A DNA stretch of 64,000 bases. It comes from Staphylococcus phage vB_Sau_P68. The stretch lies in the sequence record OL741057.1; one strand, given 5' to 3'. Under the pieces are notes generated by a model that worked only from the letters and a program-made list of their open reading frames with translations, made no database searches and had not been told where the DNA came from. The translations under genes were made by a program, and so were the position numbers. This document shows, piece by piece, positions 29,621 through 39,081 of the stretch (the stretch's first letter is position 1; every line of letters begins with the position of its first letter).

Positions 29621-31430
29621 CAAAGTAGAATTGTTTATTTCCGTCTTGATTATAATCAGTAGTAACAAATGTAGAACCGAAGCTTGTACCGTTTCCTTCT
29701 TTAAGAAGTTCTTGTATTCTTGTTAATCCGATATTAGAATATACAGATGCTTGAGCCCAATGGTCGTCACCTTTACGTTTAATTACCTGTCTCATTTCTT
29801 CTGTTTTCTCATCTTCTTCATCCATAATTAATACATTTTGCCAATGTTTTAAGAAAGTTCTTAAATCATCGTCTACTTCTTGGTACATTCTAATATTCTT
29901 AGTTTTTAAACCTTGAATATATAATTTGTTCTGCATTAATTTATCTACTGTAACCGTATTTTTATTTTCATTAAATTCAGGTCTTAACTGTCCTGTGGAT
30001 TTAGGAGAAGATTTATAAGTACATCCAAAAACTTTGTCTTCCCCAAAATGATTAATGAGTTTTAAAACATTATTACCTGAGTCACCGTTATCTGCAATTA
30101 TAATGTCGGGGTCGTACTTAGATATTTCCCAAATGATTTTTTCTAAATCTGCCTCTACCATATCAGGTCTAGACATTTTCTTGACAGAAAATAATCTAAT
30201 TAAATCTTTTTTACCGTCAGGTAAAACTCCATGAATAGAAATCCAATGAGTATTACCCCAATCTATACCTACGGAAATATGTGTATATCTATCTCGTCTC
30301 ATTAATTGTTTTTCTGCAACAGGTGATTTATTTTCAAATACATCTTCTTCTAAAACACGCATTTTAACATCTTCAAAAGGCATACCTAACGAATAGTTGT
30401 AAAAAGCCTGTTTGGATTCAGTATTCATTTCTTTTTCAACAAGTTGGTCTGCAGAAATCCATACAGCGTTCATTTGAGATATATAGTAACCTCTAATACC
30501 TGAGTTATTTTTGGTTCTATCAGGGTAACGACATTCCCATACTCCATTATACCATCTATCTAGAGGTTTACCGCATTTTTGACATACATACTGGTAAGTA
30601 CCATCTTGGACTGTTTTTGCTGTTTCATCTATACCATCAGGATTAACTAATAATAAATTACCGCTTTCCATCAAGTTATTTTCATCGTACGGTGCATATT
30701 TCATCTCATTATGGTAATCACAGTGCTGACAAACGTGTGCATAATACCATTGGTCTGACTGTTGGTAAAGTTTATGAATACCGATTCCAGGTGCTGAAGG
30801 TGTTGAGAACCTACGTACTATTTGGAATGTAGAACTTGACATGGACTCTAGTGCAGAAGACTCAGCAAGGCTATTTACCCTCTCATATTCATCCATTGCA
30901 AGAAAATCTATATCTACACCCTCTACTGTTCCTGGTTTACTACTTGTTCTAAAGAATAAACTAGAGTTTCTTATCTGTTTATACCCTAAAGAATCTTTAT
31001 CCCAATTAACTATATCAGTAAAATATCTCTTCTCTAATACAGGATTTAACCTAGATTGAACAAATTTTTTCATCTGCTCGTTGGTCGGGAAGGTGTAAAG
31101 ACATTTAGGTGATTTATAACTATACATATCTGCAAAATGAACCATTTCCATTACACTCATCTCACTCAAACCAAGCTGTCTGCTTTTTATTACTGCTTTA
31201 TTTGGATGAGTGTCATTTACTATACGGACTTGCCACGGTCTATGAGCCTGTGCTTTACTTCTATCCCTCTTAGGAATACTGAAAGTTATAGGGTGACCTC
31301 TTAACGTGTGATACTTAAGCATATAGGTAGAAGGGTTTAACATATTGATTATATGGTCTACCTGTTCTCTTGTTATTTTTTCTGTTTGAAATGTTTCTTG
31401 TGCTATCTTAATTAGTTCTTTTCCATCCAT
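29613..31430 (-). CDS. terL: terminase large subunit
   Basis: 605 aa. Walker A-like KSRQLGLSE near the N-terminus and a C-terminal nuclease-type acidic motif region. Located upstream of the portal gene. Confidence 0.85.
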   Translation of the reverse strand: MDGKELIKIAQETFQTEKITREQVDHIINMLNPSTYMLKYHTLRGHPITFSIPKRDRSKAQAHRPWQVRIVNDTHPNKAVIKSRQLGLSEMSVMEMVHFADMYSYKSPKCLYTFPTNEQMKKFVQSRLNPVLEKRYFTDIVNWDKDSLGYKQIRNSSLFFRTSSKPGTVEGVDIDFLAMDEYERVNSLAESSALESMSSSTFQIVRRFSTPSAPGIGIHKLYQQSDQWYYAHVCQHCDYHNEMKYAPYDENNLMESGNLLLVNPDGIDETAKTVQDGTYQYVCQKCGKPLDRWYNGVWECRYPDRTKNNSGIRGYYISQMNAVWISADQLVEKEMNTESKQAFYNYSLGMPFEDVKMRVLEEDVFENKSPVAEKQLMRRDRYTHISVGIDWGNTHWISIHGVLPDGKKDLIRLFSVKKMSRPDMVEADLEKIIWEISKYDPDIIIADNGDSGNNVLKLINHFGEDKVFGCTYKSSPKSTGQLRPEFNENKNTVTVDKLMQNKLYIQGLKTKNIRMYQEVDDDLRTFLKHWQNVLIMDEEDEKTEEMRQVIKRKGDDHWAQASVYSNIGLTRIQELLKEGNGTSFGSTFVTTDYNQDGNKQFYFDE

Positions 31431-31444
31431 TTATATCTTTCTCC

Positions 31445-31855
31445 TTAGAATGTCTCAGAATTTTCCTCATTCATTATTCTTTCCTTCTCAGAAATCATTT
31501 CTGTAATATCTTCTGCTGACATTTCTGATATTTTTTGTAAGTCTACAGTAGACTCCCCGTTACTATCTTCTGTTGTAATCTCTTCAAATAATTCTTGTTG
31601 GGGTCTAGATAGCTGAGGTATTGCTCCACCTTCAGAAGTTTCATTAACCATATTCTGCATTTGAGAGAATATCACAAATAGTTTATATAAATCGTTAGGG
31701 TCTTTAACTTCTATTTCTTTATTATCTACTTTTTTATTGAATTCATACATTAATTTACCGATACCGTTCATAAATCCATCAGCTATATACTTTCTTGTAT
31801 CCTCTTCTTCCAACTTTCTCTTGTTAATTATATCTCTAATATTTTCTGCACTCAA
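31445..31855 (-). CDS. hypothetical acidic protein upstream of terL
   Basis: 136-aa ORF. Confidence 0.6.
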   Translation of the reverse strand: MSAENIRDIINKRKLEEEDTRKYIADGFMNGIGKLMYEFNKKVDNKEIEVKDPNDLYKLFVIFSQMQNMVNETSEGGAIPQLSRPQQELFEEITTEDSNGESTVDLQKISEMSAEDITEMISEKERIMNEENSETF

Positions 31856-32130
31856 TCCATTTCACCTCGTTTTCTTAAATTTTTATAGCAATTGTTGATA
31901 TCTGCACAGATATCAAAATAAATATACTTAGAATACTGTAAATGAAAATGATTAACTTTCGATAGTGCTTTTCCTTTAGTGTAATTCATACCTGATAACT
32001 GCTGACCGCATAGACTACAAATTCTACTAGAACTAGCTATCCTTTTATCTCCTTTTTTTACTAAAGAAACAGTTGTAGCACCATCCTTAAGTTCTTTCCT
32101 TTGTTCTTTAATTTCTTTCTTCGTTTTCAT
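31852..32130 (-). CDS. small hypothetical protein with CxxC motif
   Basis: 92-aa ORF. Confidence 0.5.
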   Translation of the reverse strand: MKTKKEIKEQRKELKDGATTVSLVKKGDKRIASSSRICSLCGQQLSGMNYTKGKALSKVNHFHLQYSKYIYFDICADINNCYKNLRKRGEMD

Positions 32131-32494
32131 CGTAATCTTCCTTTTTACTATCTTCCTCTACTCTTCTTTGGGCTTTAGCCCTAACTTTTATCTCTTCTGC
32201 TGTTATACCGTAGTTACTTTCTATGATTTTCTTGATTATTTTTATTTCTTTATCATTTATCTCTACCTGTTTAAGAACGTACTCAGGTAAGGGGTCTTCT
32301 TTCTTAAGTAGGAACTTATCTGTTATAGTAAGTGCGACATTAGAAACAAGACCACCAAAGAGAAAGTATGTCATAACTACACTCGGTCTTATTGAGTAAA
32401 TAAGTGACAAGGAATTAATAACAGACAAAATTAGTAGTAAGAATATAATAATAACCAAAGTTTTGAATATGAATATAGCTATGTTATTATTCAA
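32108..32494 (-). CDS. membrane protein
   Basis: 128 aa with two N-terminal transmembrane helices. Confidence 0.6.
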   Translation of the reverse strand: MNNNIAIFIFKTLVIIIFLLLILSVINSLSLIYSIRPSVVMTYFLFGGLVSNVALTITDKFLLKKEDPLPEYVLKQVEINDKEIKIIKKIIESNYGITAEEIKVRAKAQRRVEEDSKKEDYDENEERN

Positions 32495-32633
32495 CCACTT
32501 TAACCTCCTATTGTCTTTTTTTATTATATTATTAATCTAACAATTGACTTTTATGACTATCTTTTAATGTTATATTAGTGGTGTAATCTAAAAGTTCTAG
32601 AAATAATAGGTCAAAAGAAATAGGTGTTTAACA

Positions 32634-32900
32634 ATGATTATCGTATCTTTTTTTGTGTCTATACCTCTTTTTTGTTTCTATTATTTTATACTTAGTGGTG
32701 TTACAACGTCTTTAGGTTATTCTATCTATAGAAAAGATAAAAGTAAGATAACTATTAATATAGTATATCTATCAGCTATCTACGGTTTATCTGTTGTTAG
32801 TATTTGGCTTATCTTCTCAGAAAAAATAATTATTATCATTATTCTTAATATAATTATAATAACTGCTTTTATCATAACTATTATACCACAAAATAAGTAA
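32634..32900 (+). CDS. membrane protein
   Basis: 88 aa, three hydrophobic helices. First plus-strand gene after the divergent intergenic region. Confidence 0.6.
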   Translation: MIIVSFFVSIPLFCFYYFILSGVTTSLGYSIYRKDKSKITINIVYLSAIYGLSVVSIWLIFSEKIIIIIILNIIIITAFIITIIPQNK

Positions 32901-32932
32901 AATTAAAAATTAATAGTAAGGAGGTTACCACT

Positions 32933-33259
32933 TTGACTAAATATAAGGATATCCTTAAGTTAGAGTTTAAAGATGCACTAGCTCATTTCAAACGAGACAG
33001 AGTATTCTTTCATATGTATAGAATAAACCGTCTACTAATAAATGGCTCAATTATATACTTCGACTATTATTACCTTCCTTCTGATGACCCGAATATTGTA
33101 ATAAAAGAACTAGACCTCCAAGACTTCGGTAAACTTAGATTCGAAATTGACGTTAGAACATCCTACGGAAAAGTCGTAACAGATAATTATATGGAGATTA
33201 TCAATGATTTCTTAGAGAATTATGATACCCATTCTGAGTCTGAAACGGTTAGACCTTAG
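32933..33259 (+). CDS. hypothetical protein
   Basis: 108 aa; RBS AGGAGG. Confidence 0.65.
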   Translation: MTKYKDILKLEFKDALAHFKRDRVFFHMYRINRLLINGSIIYFDYYYLPSDDPNIVIKELDLQDFGKLRFEIDVRTSYGKVVTDNYMEIINDFLENYDTHSESETVRP

Positions 33260-33271
33260 AGGTGATTCTAG

Positions 33272-33604
33272 TTGGATAAGGAAATAAACAACCTTGTTTC
33301 TCAAGTAGAGACTATTAAGTCTAAGATACAAGAAGGTAATTATATAGATAGAGGAACTTTCAGAGATTTAGAAGTTGAGGTAGCTGAACTAAGAAAAATG
33401 ATAGTTAGTATAGATAAAGATGTAGCTGTCAATAGTGAAAAACAATCAGCAATTTACGTCCAATTAGAAAGACTTGATGAAAAGATTTCAGAACTTGCTG
33501 AAAGTACAAAAACTAAGGATACTAGGAAAAAGGATACTACTGAGAAGGTTCTTTTACTTGTTCTAGGAGCTATATTATCCTTTGTCTTTAACAAATTTGC
33601 ATAG
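33272..33604 (+). CDS. coiled-coil protein with C-terminal transmembrane helix
   Basis: 110-aa ORF. Confidence 0.65.
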   Translation: MDKEINNLVSQVETIKSKIQEGNYIDRGTFRDLEVEVAELRKMIVSIDKDVAVNSEKQSAIYVQLERLDEKISELAESTKTKDTRKKDTTEKVLLLVLGAILSFVFNKFA

Positions 33605-33616
33605 GAGAGATTGTAG

Positions 33617-33826
33617 ATGTCAAAACATATTGAAATAACAATGTCAAGTGGTGCTAAGTATTTTTTAGTATCTACTGATGAAAAGAGTTATAGCAGGCAA
33701 GATATAGATTATATGCTTAGTGGTGTTGATTCTGTATCAATTAAAGTATTTACTGAGAGTAATAATGCTTCACCTCAAGTTTATATTAACCCAAAAAGAA
33801 TAGAATCTTTTAAAATTGTATTTTAA
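33617..33826 (+). CDS. hypothetical protein
   Basis: 69-aa ORF. Confidence 0.55.
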   Translation: MSKHIEITMSSGAKYFLVSTDEKSYSRQDIDYMLSGVDSVSIKVFTESNNASPQVYINPKRIESFKIVF

Positions 33827-33945
33827 TTATTGAGTGACTTTAAGTAGTCACTTTTTTATTTGTCTTATTGTTGACTCCCTAACATTGTTAATTATATATT
33901 ATATATTAGTAATTAATAATAAGTAATAAATATATATATAACTAT

Positions 33946-33985
33946 AATAGGAGTACTCCTTATTTTCTAAATACGTACTTTTTCT
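33946..33985. repeat. direct repeat copy 1 containing palindrome AGGAGTACTCCT
   Basis: AATAGGAGTACTCCTTATTTTCTAAATACGTACTTTTTC; a second, near-identical copy lies 178 bp downstream. Confidence 0.7.
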
Positions 33986-34123
33986 TCTGTAAGTACTGAT
34001 ATAAAGGGATTTTACTTTAGATAAATATAAATTATTACTCAGAATAGTAATTTTTCTGTTCTTGTTAATTATAATTATATATTTAATATTATTAATTACT
34101 TATATCAGAATATAATTATATAT

Positions 34124-34162
34124 AATAGGAGTCCTCCTTATTTTCTAAATACGTACTTTTTC
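34124..34162. repeat. direct repeat copy 2 (AGGAGTCCTCCT core)
   Basis: AATAGGAGTCCTCCTTATTTTCTAAATACGTACTTTTTC. Confidence 0.7.
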
Positions 34163-34223
34163 TCTTGTAACCCTCGGTATTAAAGGATTCTTCAAAATAA
34201 TTTAAATTATTTTTAAAAAACTG

Positions 34224-34252
34224 TTGACTTATTTATCAATATAGTATATAGT
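34224..34252 (+). promoter_or_regulatory. sigma-A-type promoter (TTGACT-17-TATAGT)
   Basis: Consensus spacing; lies upstream of the 34291 gene. Confidence 0.6.
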
Positions 34253-34290
34253 TAAACTATCAAATAAAACAAGAAAAGGATTGATTAATT

Positions 34291-34509
34291 ATGAAAAGAC
34301 AAAAAATGTTTTACTCAAGTTTAATATGTAAAGAATGTGGTAATGTATTCAAAGTACCAAGAAAAAGAGCAAATAAAAGAGAAGAAGGTCATATCAAAGA
34401 TATATACTGTATCAAATGTTGTAAAACTACAAAACATGTAGAAGATAATCGTAGTGAAGCAGAAAGAAGATGGGATGCTATTCAGGAAGAATTAACAAAA
34501 GATAACTAA
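34291..34509 (+). CDS. small zinc-ribbon protein
   Basis: 72 aa; CKECGN...CIKCCKTTKH; RBS AAAAGGA. Confidence 0.6.
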   Translation: MKRQKMFYSSLICKECGNVFKVPRKRANKREEGHIKDIYCIKCCKTTKHVEDNRSEAERRWDAIQEELTKDN

Positions 34510-34535
34510 TATTTTAAAAAAAGTAGTAAATTAAC

Positions 34536-34564
34536 TTGACAAAGGTATCAGTATATGCTATAAT
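34536..34564 (+). promoter_or_regulatory. consensus sigma-A promoter (TTGACA-17-TATAAT)
   Basis: Perfect -35 and -10 with a 17-nt spacer. Confidence 0.7.
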
Positions 34565-34570
34565 GTAATT

Positions 34571-34722
34571 AACAATAAAACAAATACCTTACACATCACT
34601 GTTTTTTCTTACATTGTTTTCCAGTCCAAACAATAACAATGTTATTCTCTATTCTACTGAATAAACTAAACCCTCTATAAATAATATACTTGTAGGATTA
34701 ACGAGGGAATCCTACTTTTATA
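34571..34722 (+). ncRNA. candidate small RNA (~150 nt) between a consensus promoter and an intrinsic terminator
   Basis: No ORF. Internal hairpin CAUUGUU...AACAAUG. Terminator GUAGGAUU-AACGAGGG-AAUCCUAC followed by a U-run (34682-34722). Confidence 0.45.
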
Positions 34723-34741
34723 ATTTTTTTTTGAAATTAAC

Positions 34742-34770
34742 TTGACAAGTAATAAAAATTATGTTATAGT
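34742..34770 (+). promoter_or_regulatory. sigma-A promoter (TTGACA-17-TATAGT)
   Basis: Consensus -35 with 17-nt spacer; it drives transcription into the ORF-free region upstream of tRNA-Asp. Confidence 0.65.
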
Positions 34771-34776
34771 TAATAT

Positions 34777-35652
34777 ATAAATAATACAACTAAATATCTG
34801 AGCATAGTGACTGAATAATGATTTGGTAATCATAAGGTACAAGATAATCAAACGAATCAAAACTTATCGGAGTTATTTCGGTAAGATGAGTCGTCATTAG
34901 TATTGTTTAATACGATTGGTATACTTGGTACTTACTTATAAGGTCTGTAGAGTATGATAACAGCTAGGGTTTAATTTCTTCTTAGGGTCTTAGCGGAATC
35001 CTAGGAAGATACGCTATAACGACTTCCTGTAGTTGGAGCACAGAAATGTGTTTGATAATAGAGGTTATCAGTATGAGTAGCATAAATCTACAGGTTCAAA
35101 AGATATATATTTGATAAAAATAATTTGGTAATCAAATAAATTTACTTTTCTTCGACCATGTGAAAGTTACTAACTAATATGTTAGTATCACAATATCCTT
35201 TTGGATTGCGTGCGATGGACTTAAGGTAGCTCCTTAATAGAGTCAAGCGTAGTGATTAACTTAATAACAGGTCTTATAGGTAGGTTCCTCGTGAGACGGG
35301 TTATGCTTGGATATTTAGTTGCATTATATCAGAATGTGACTATAAATATTTTCCTCTTTATAGTTTATTATTAACAATTATCAGTTTCCTCCTTTGATTG
35401 ATAATTAAAAAGAATCTACAAGGAGTATATTTTCACTCTTTCATGTATTTATTGTTCACACTCCTTTATGAACCAATAACTTACTCCTTGTAGATTATAC
35501 ATATTTCCTTCTTAGGTACCAATTACCACGCTTTGTTCATTTCACCTCCTTTCACTTAATATATAGTTGTTATGAGTGGTAATAATCGTTGCTTCGAACC
35601 TAAGAGAAAACCTGCTATACATTAAGGTAAGGTTAGGGTATAGCATTTATTT
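34777..35652 (+). ncRNA. candidate large structured non-coding RNA or tRNA leader (~880 nt, ORF-free)
   Basis: No ORF of 60 aa or more on either strand. Long-range 13-bp stem UCUACAAGGAGUA/UACUCCUUGUAGA. Many hairpins, elevated GC, and repeated AUUUGGUAAUCA motifs. A hairpin (GCUAUAC...GUAUAGC) lies just before the tRNA. Confidence 0.3.
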
Positions 35653-35653
35653 T

Positions 35654-35727
35654 GGCTCATTGGTGTAACTGGTTAACACACTGCCCTGTCACGGCAGAGA
35701 GTACGAGTTCGAGTCTCGTATGAGTCG
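35654..35727 (+). tRNA. tRNA-Asp (anticodon GUC)
   Basis: Cloverleaf: acceptor GGCUCAU/AUGAGUC, D-arm GUGU-AACUGGUUAA-CACA, anticodon arm CUGCC-CUGUCAC-GGCAG, T-arm ACGAG-UUCGAGU-CUCGU. No encoded CCA. Confidence 0.85.
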
Positions 35728-35767
35728 TAAACTAATATACTTTACATATTTAAAAGGAGAGATATAA

Positions 35768-35953
35768 ATGGCATCAGCAAAACAAATATACTATACAGAG
35801 AGTTTAGTAGGTAAAGCAGTAATCAATAATAAAGTTTCCAATAAAGAAGAAGTTTGGGATAAATTAGAGCTACTACCTGAAACTAAATTAGAAGACTTAG
35901 ACAATAAACAAATGTCAGAAGTTATTAAAAAATTAAATCAAATAAACGAGTAA
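35768..35953 (+). CDS. hypothetical protein
   Basis: 61 aa; RBS AAAGGAGAG. Confidence 0.55.
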   Translation: MASAKQIYYTESLVGKAVINNKVSNKEEVWDKLELLPETKLEDLDNKQMSEVIKKLNQINE

Positions 35954-36037
35954 GTGTTAAATTAATATAGTTAAACATAACCGACCAACTGTTATATTAT
36001 TGTTAGAAATAAATATAATAGAAAGGTCGGTTTTTTA

Positions 36038-36541
36038 ATGACTAATGAAGCTAAACAACCTAAAGTTGTTGGAGGAATAAACCTTAGTACACGAACTAAG
36101 AGTAAAACATTTTGGGTAGCAATTATATCGGCAGTAGCAGTATTTGCTAATCAAATTACAGGTGCTTTTGGTTTAGATTATTCAGCTCAAATTGAGCAAG
36201 GTGTCAATATCATAGGTTCTATACTAACATTATTAGCAGGTTTAGGTATTATTGTTGATAATAATACTAAAGGTCTTAAAGACAGTGATATTGTTCAAAC
36301 AGACTATACAAAACCTCGTGATAGTAAAGACCCTAATGAATTTGTTCAATGGCAAGCAAATGCAAACACAGCTAGTACTTTTGAATTAGACAACTACGAA
36401 AACAATGCAGAGCCTGATACAGATGATAGTGATGAAGTACCTGCTATTGAAGATGAAATTGATGGCGGTTCAGCACCTTCTCAAGACGAAGAAGATACCG
36501 AAGAACACGGTAAAGTATTTGCGGAGGAGGAAGTTAAGTAA
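36038..36541 (+). CDS. holin
   Basis: 167 aa. Two transmembrane helices followed by an acidic C-terminal tail. Immediately upstream of, and overlapping, the endolysin start (ATGA-type). The size matches what I recall for the Kayvirus holin. Confidence 0.8.
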   Translation: MTNEAKQPKVVGGINLSTRTKSKTFWVAIISAVAVFANQITGAFGLDYSAQIEQGVNIIGSILTLLAGLGIIVDNNTKGLKDSDIVQTDYTKPRDSKDPNEFVQWQANANTASTFELDNYENNAEPDTDDSDEVPAIEDEIDGGSAPSQDEEDTEEHGKVFAEEEVK

Positions 36542-37175
36542 TGGCTAAGACGCAAGCAGAAATAAATAAACGTTTAGACGCATATGCAAAAGGAACAGTA
36601 GATAGCCCTTATAGAGTTAAGAAAGCAACAAGTTATGACCCTTCATTTGGTGTAATGGAGGCAGGAGCAATTGATGTAGATAAATATTATCACGCTCAGT
36701 GTCAAGACCTTATTACAGACTATGTATTATGGTTAACAGATAATAAAGTTAGAACTTGGGGTAATGCTAAAGACCAAATCAAACAAAATTATGGTACTGG
36801 ATTTAAAATACACCAAAATAAACCTTCTACAGTACCTAAAAAAGGTTGGATTGCAGTATTTACTTCAGGTAGCTATACACAGTGGGGTCACATAGGTATT
36901 GTATATGATGGAGGTAATACTTCAACATTTACTATTTTAGAGCAAAACTGGAACGGTTACGCTAATAAAAAACCTACAAAACGTGTAGATAACTATTACG
37001 GATTAACTCATTTCATTGAAATACCTGTAAAAGCAGGAACTACTGTTAAAAAAGAAACAGCTAAGAAAAGTGCAAGTAAAACACCTGCACCTAAAAAGAA
37101 AGCAACATTAAAAGTTTCTAAGAATCATATTAACTATACAATGGATAAACGAGGTAAAAAACCTGAAGGAATGGT
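36541..37175 (+). CDS. lysK: endolysin exon 1 (CHAP domain), LysK-like
   Basis: Reads [12 protein letters not shown]...[24 protein letters not shown]..., a CHAP Cys/His pattern. The frame ends in an intron-encoded stop right after ...KKPEGMV. Confidence 0.85.
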
Positions 37176-38132
37176 GTAAAAAATAATCTATAAAATAACT
37201 TGTAATTCTATTAGTTCTATGGTATAATACTTATATAATGATGTAGGAGGTATTATACATGGAAGAAATTTGGAAAGACATTCAAGGATATGAAGGTAAA
37301 TATAAAGTTAGTAACCTAGGAAATGTTAAATCAATAAAACGAACTGTTAAACACGCAGGAAGTAATACTAGAACTTTTCCTGAAACTTTATTGAAACCTA
37401 ATAAAGTAGCATTTGATTATCTTCAAGTAACTCTATATAAAGAAGGTAAAAGAAAATGTAGGTACGTTCATAATTTAGTAATGGAAGCTTTTGTAGGAGA
37501 AAAGGAAAAAGGTTTTGAGACAAATCATAAAAATGAAATAAAAAGTGATAATAGGCTTGAAAACTTAGAATACATTACTGCAAAAGAAAATAATAATTAT
37601 GGGACACGAATACAAAGAATGTCTGAAAAAAATACTAATGGGAAAAGAAGTAAGAAAATTAAAGGTACTCATTTAAAAACTAAAGTTGAAATTATTTTAC
37701 CTTCTATTGAAGAAGCAAAAAGACAAGGATATGGTAATCATATATCTGAAGTTTGTAATGGTAAAAGAAATTCATGTAAAGGTTATAAATGGGAATTTAT
37801 AGATTAAGCACTGCATATATCGTGAGGTATATGTACTAAAAACATAAATTGCTTTGAAGAACCTTAGAGCCTTGATACCACAATAAAGCTGAAAAGACTT
37901 TATGAGGGTTTAACAAGTTCAAGGATTGGTTTGTTTAGCATCACTACTCCTAAGTGATAGAAAAATCATAAGGAGAATGTTCAACGACTAGAGGATTGCC
38001 TCCTCGTAGGGTTCAAGTGAACTCGAAAGAAGAACTATCTCACAGAGATAGAGAGAAATAGTCTGCTCACGTCCTGTAATGGGAGTGCTAGGTAATACCT
38101 AGAGCTAGATTAACGAACTAGTGAAACATAAG
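37176..38132 (+). mobile_element. group I intron in endolysin gene carrying an HNH homing endonuclease ORF
   Basis: 957 nt. 5' splice site after U (AUGGU|), terminal G at 38132, then exon 2 (G AUA CAC AAC GAU = V-I-H-N-D). Downstream of the ORF: R element GUUCAACGACUA (~38029) and S element AAAUAGUCUGC (~38086) form P7. Internal extended -10 promoter at 37200-37228. Confidence 0.8.
37259..37807 (+). CDS. intron-encoded HNH homing endonuclease (I-KsaI-like)
   Basis: 182 aa. Motifs HKNEIKSDNRLENLEYITAKENN (HNH) and C-terminal NSCKGYKWEF. RBS GGAGG. Confidence 0.8.
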   Translation: MEEIWKDIQGYEGKYKVSNLGNVKSIKRTVKHAGSNTRTFPETLLKPNKVAFDYLQVTLYKEGKRKCRYVHNLVMEAFVGEKEKGFETNHKNEIKSDNRLENLEYITAKENNNYGTRIQRMSEKNTNGKRSKKIKGTHLKTKVEIILPSIEEAKRQGYGNHISEVCNGKRNSCKGYKWEFID

Positions 38133-38988
38133 GATACACAACGATGCGGGTCGTTCTTCAGGACAACAATACGAGAATTCATTAGCTAAAGCAGGTTATG
38201 CTAGATATGCTAATGGTATTGCTCATTACTACGGTTCTGAGGGTTATGTATGGGAAGCAATAGATGCTAAGAATCAAATTGCTTGGCATACAGGAGATGG
38301 GACAGGAGCAAACTCAGGTAACTTTAGATTTGCAGGTATTGAAGTCTGTCAATCAATGAGTGCTAGTGATGCTCAATTCCTTAAAAATGAACAAGCAGTA
38401 TTCCAATTTACAGCAGAAAAATTTAAAGAGTGGGGTCTTACTCCTAACCGTAAAACTGTAAGATTGCATATGGAATTCGTTCCTACTGCATGTCCTCACC
38501 GTTCTATGGTTCTTCATACAGGATTTAATCCAGTAACACAAGGAAGACCATCACAAGCAATAATGAATAAACTTAAAGATTATTTCATTAAACAAATTAA
38601 AAACTACATGAGTAACGGAACTTCAAGTTCTACTGTAGTTAAAAAAGGTAAAACAAGTAGTGCAAGTACACCGGCAACTAGACCAGTTACAGGTTCTTGG
38701 AAAAAGAACCAATACGGAACTTGGTATAAACCGGAAAACGCAACATTTGTTAATGGTAACCAACCTATAGTAACTAGAATAGGTTCTCCATTCTTAAATG
38801 CTCCAGTAGGAGGTAACTTACCGGCAGGAGCTACAATTGTATATGACGAAGTTTGTATCCAAGCAGGTCATATTTGGATTGGTTATAACGCTTATAATGG
38901 TAACAGAGTATATTGCCCTGTTAGAACTTGTCAAGGTGTTCCACCTTCACATGTACCTGGAGTTGCCTGGGGGACATTCAAGAGTTAA
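38133..38988 (+). CDS. lysK: endolysin exon 2 (amidase_2 + SH3b domains)
   Basis: Frame open from 38125 ([16 protein letters not shown]...). Amidase motifs (AWHTGDG...[12 protein letters not shown]) and SH3b C-terminus (...[27 protein letters not shown]...VAWGTFKS). Joined exons give ~496 aa. Confidence 0.85.
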
Positions 38989-39013
38989 TAAATAAATAAA
39001 TAAATAATTTTTA

Positions 39014-39041
39014 AGAGACCTATTGACAGGTCTCTTTTTTT
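39014..39041 (+). terminator. rho-independent terminator after endolysin
   Basis: AGAGACC-TATTGAC-AGGTCTCT followed by TTTTTTT. Confidence 0.8.
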
Positions 39042-39081
39042 ATGATATATTTTAAATATAAAAAAATAAAGGATTGATTAA

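Noticed and set aside
29613-31430. Possible intron in terminase large subunit (reported in some Twort-like phages)
   Set aside because: The 605-aa ORF is continuous with Walker and nuclease regions in one frame. There is no ORF-free insertion.
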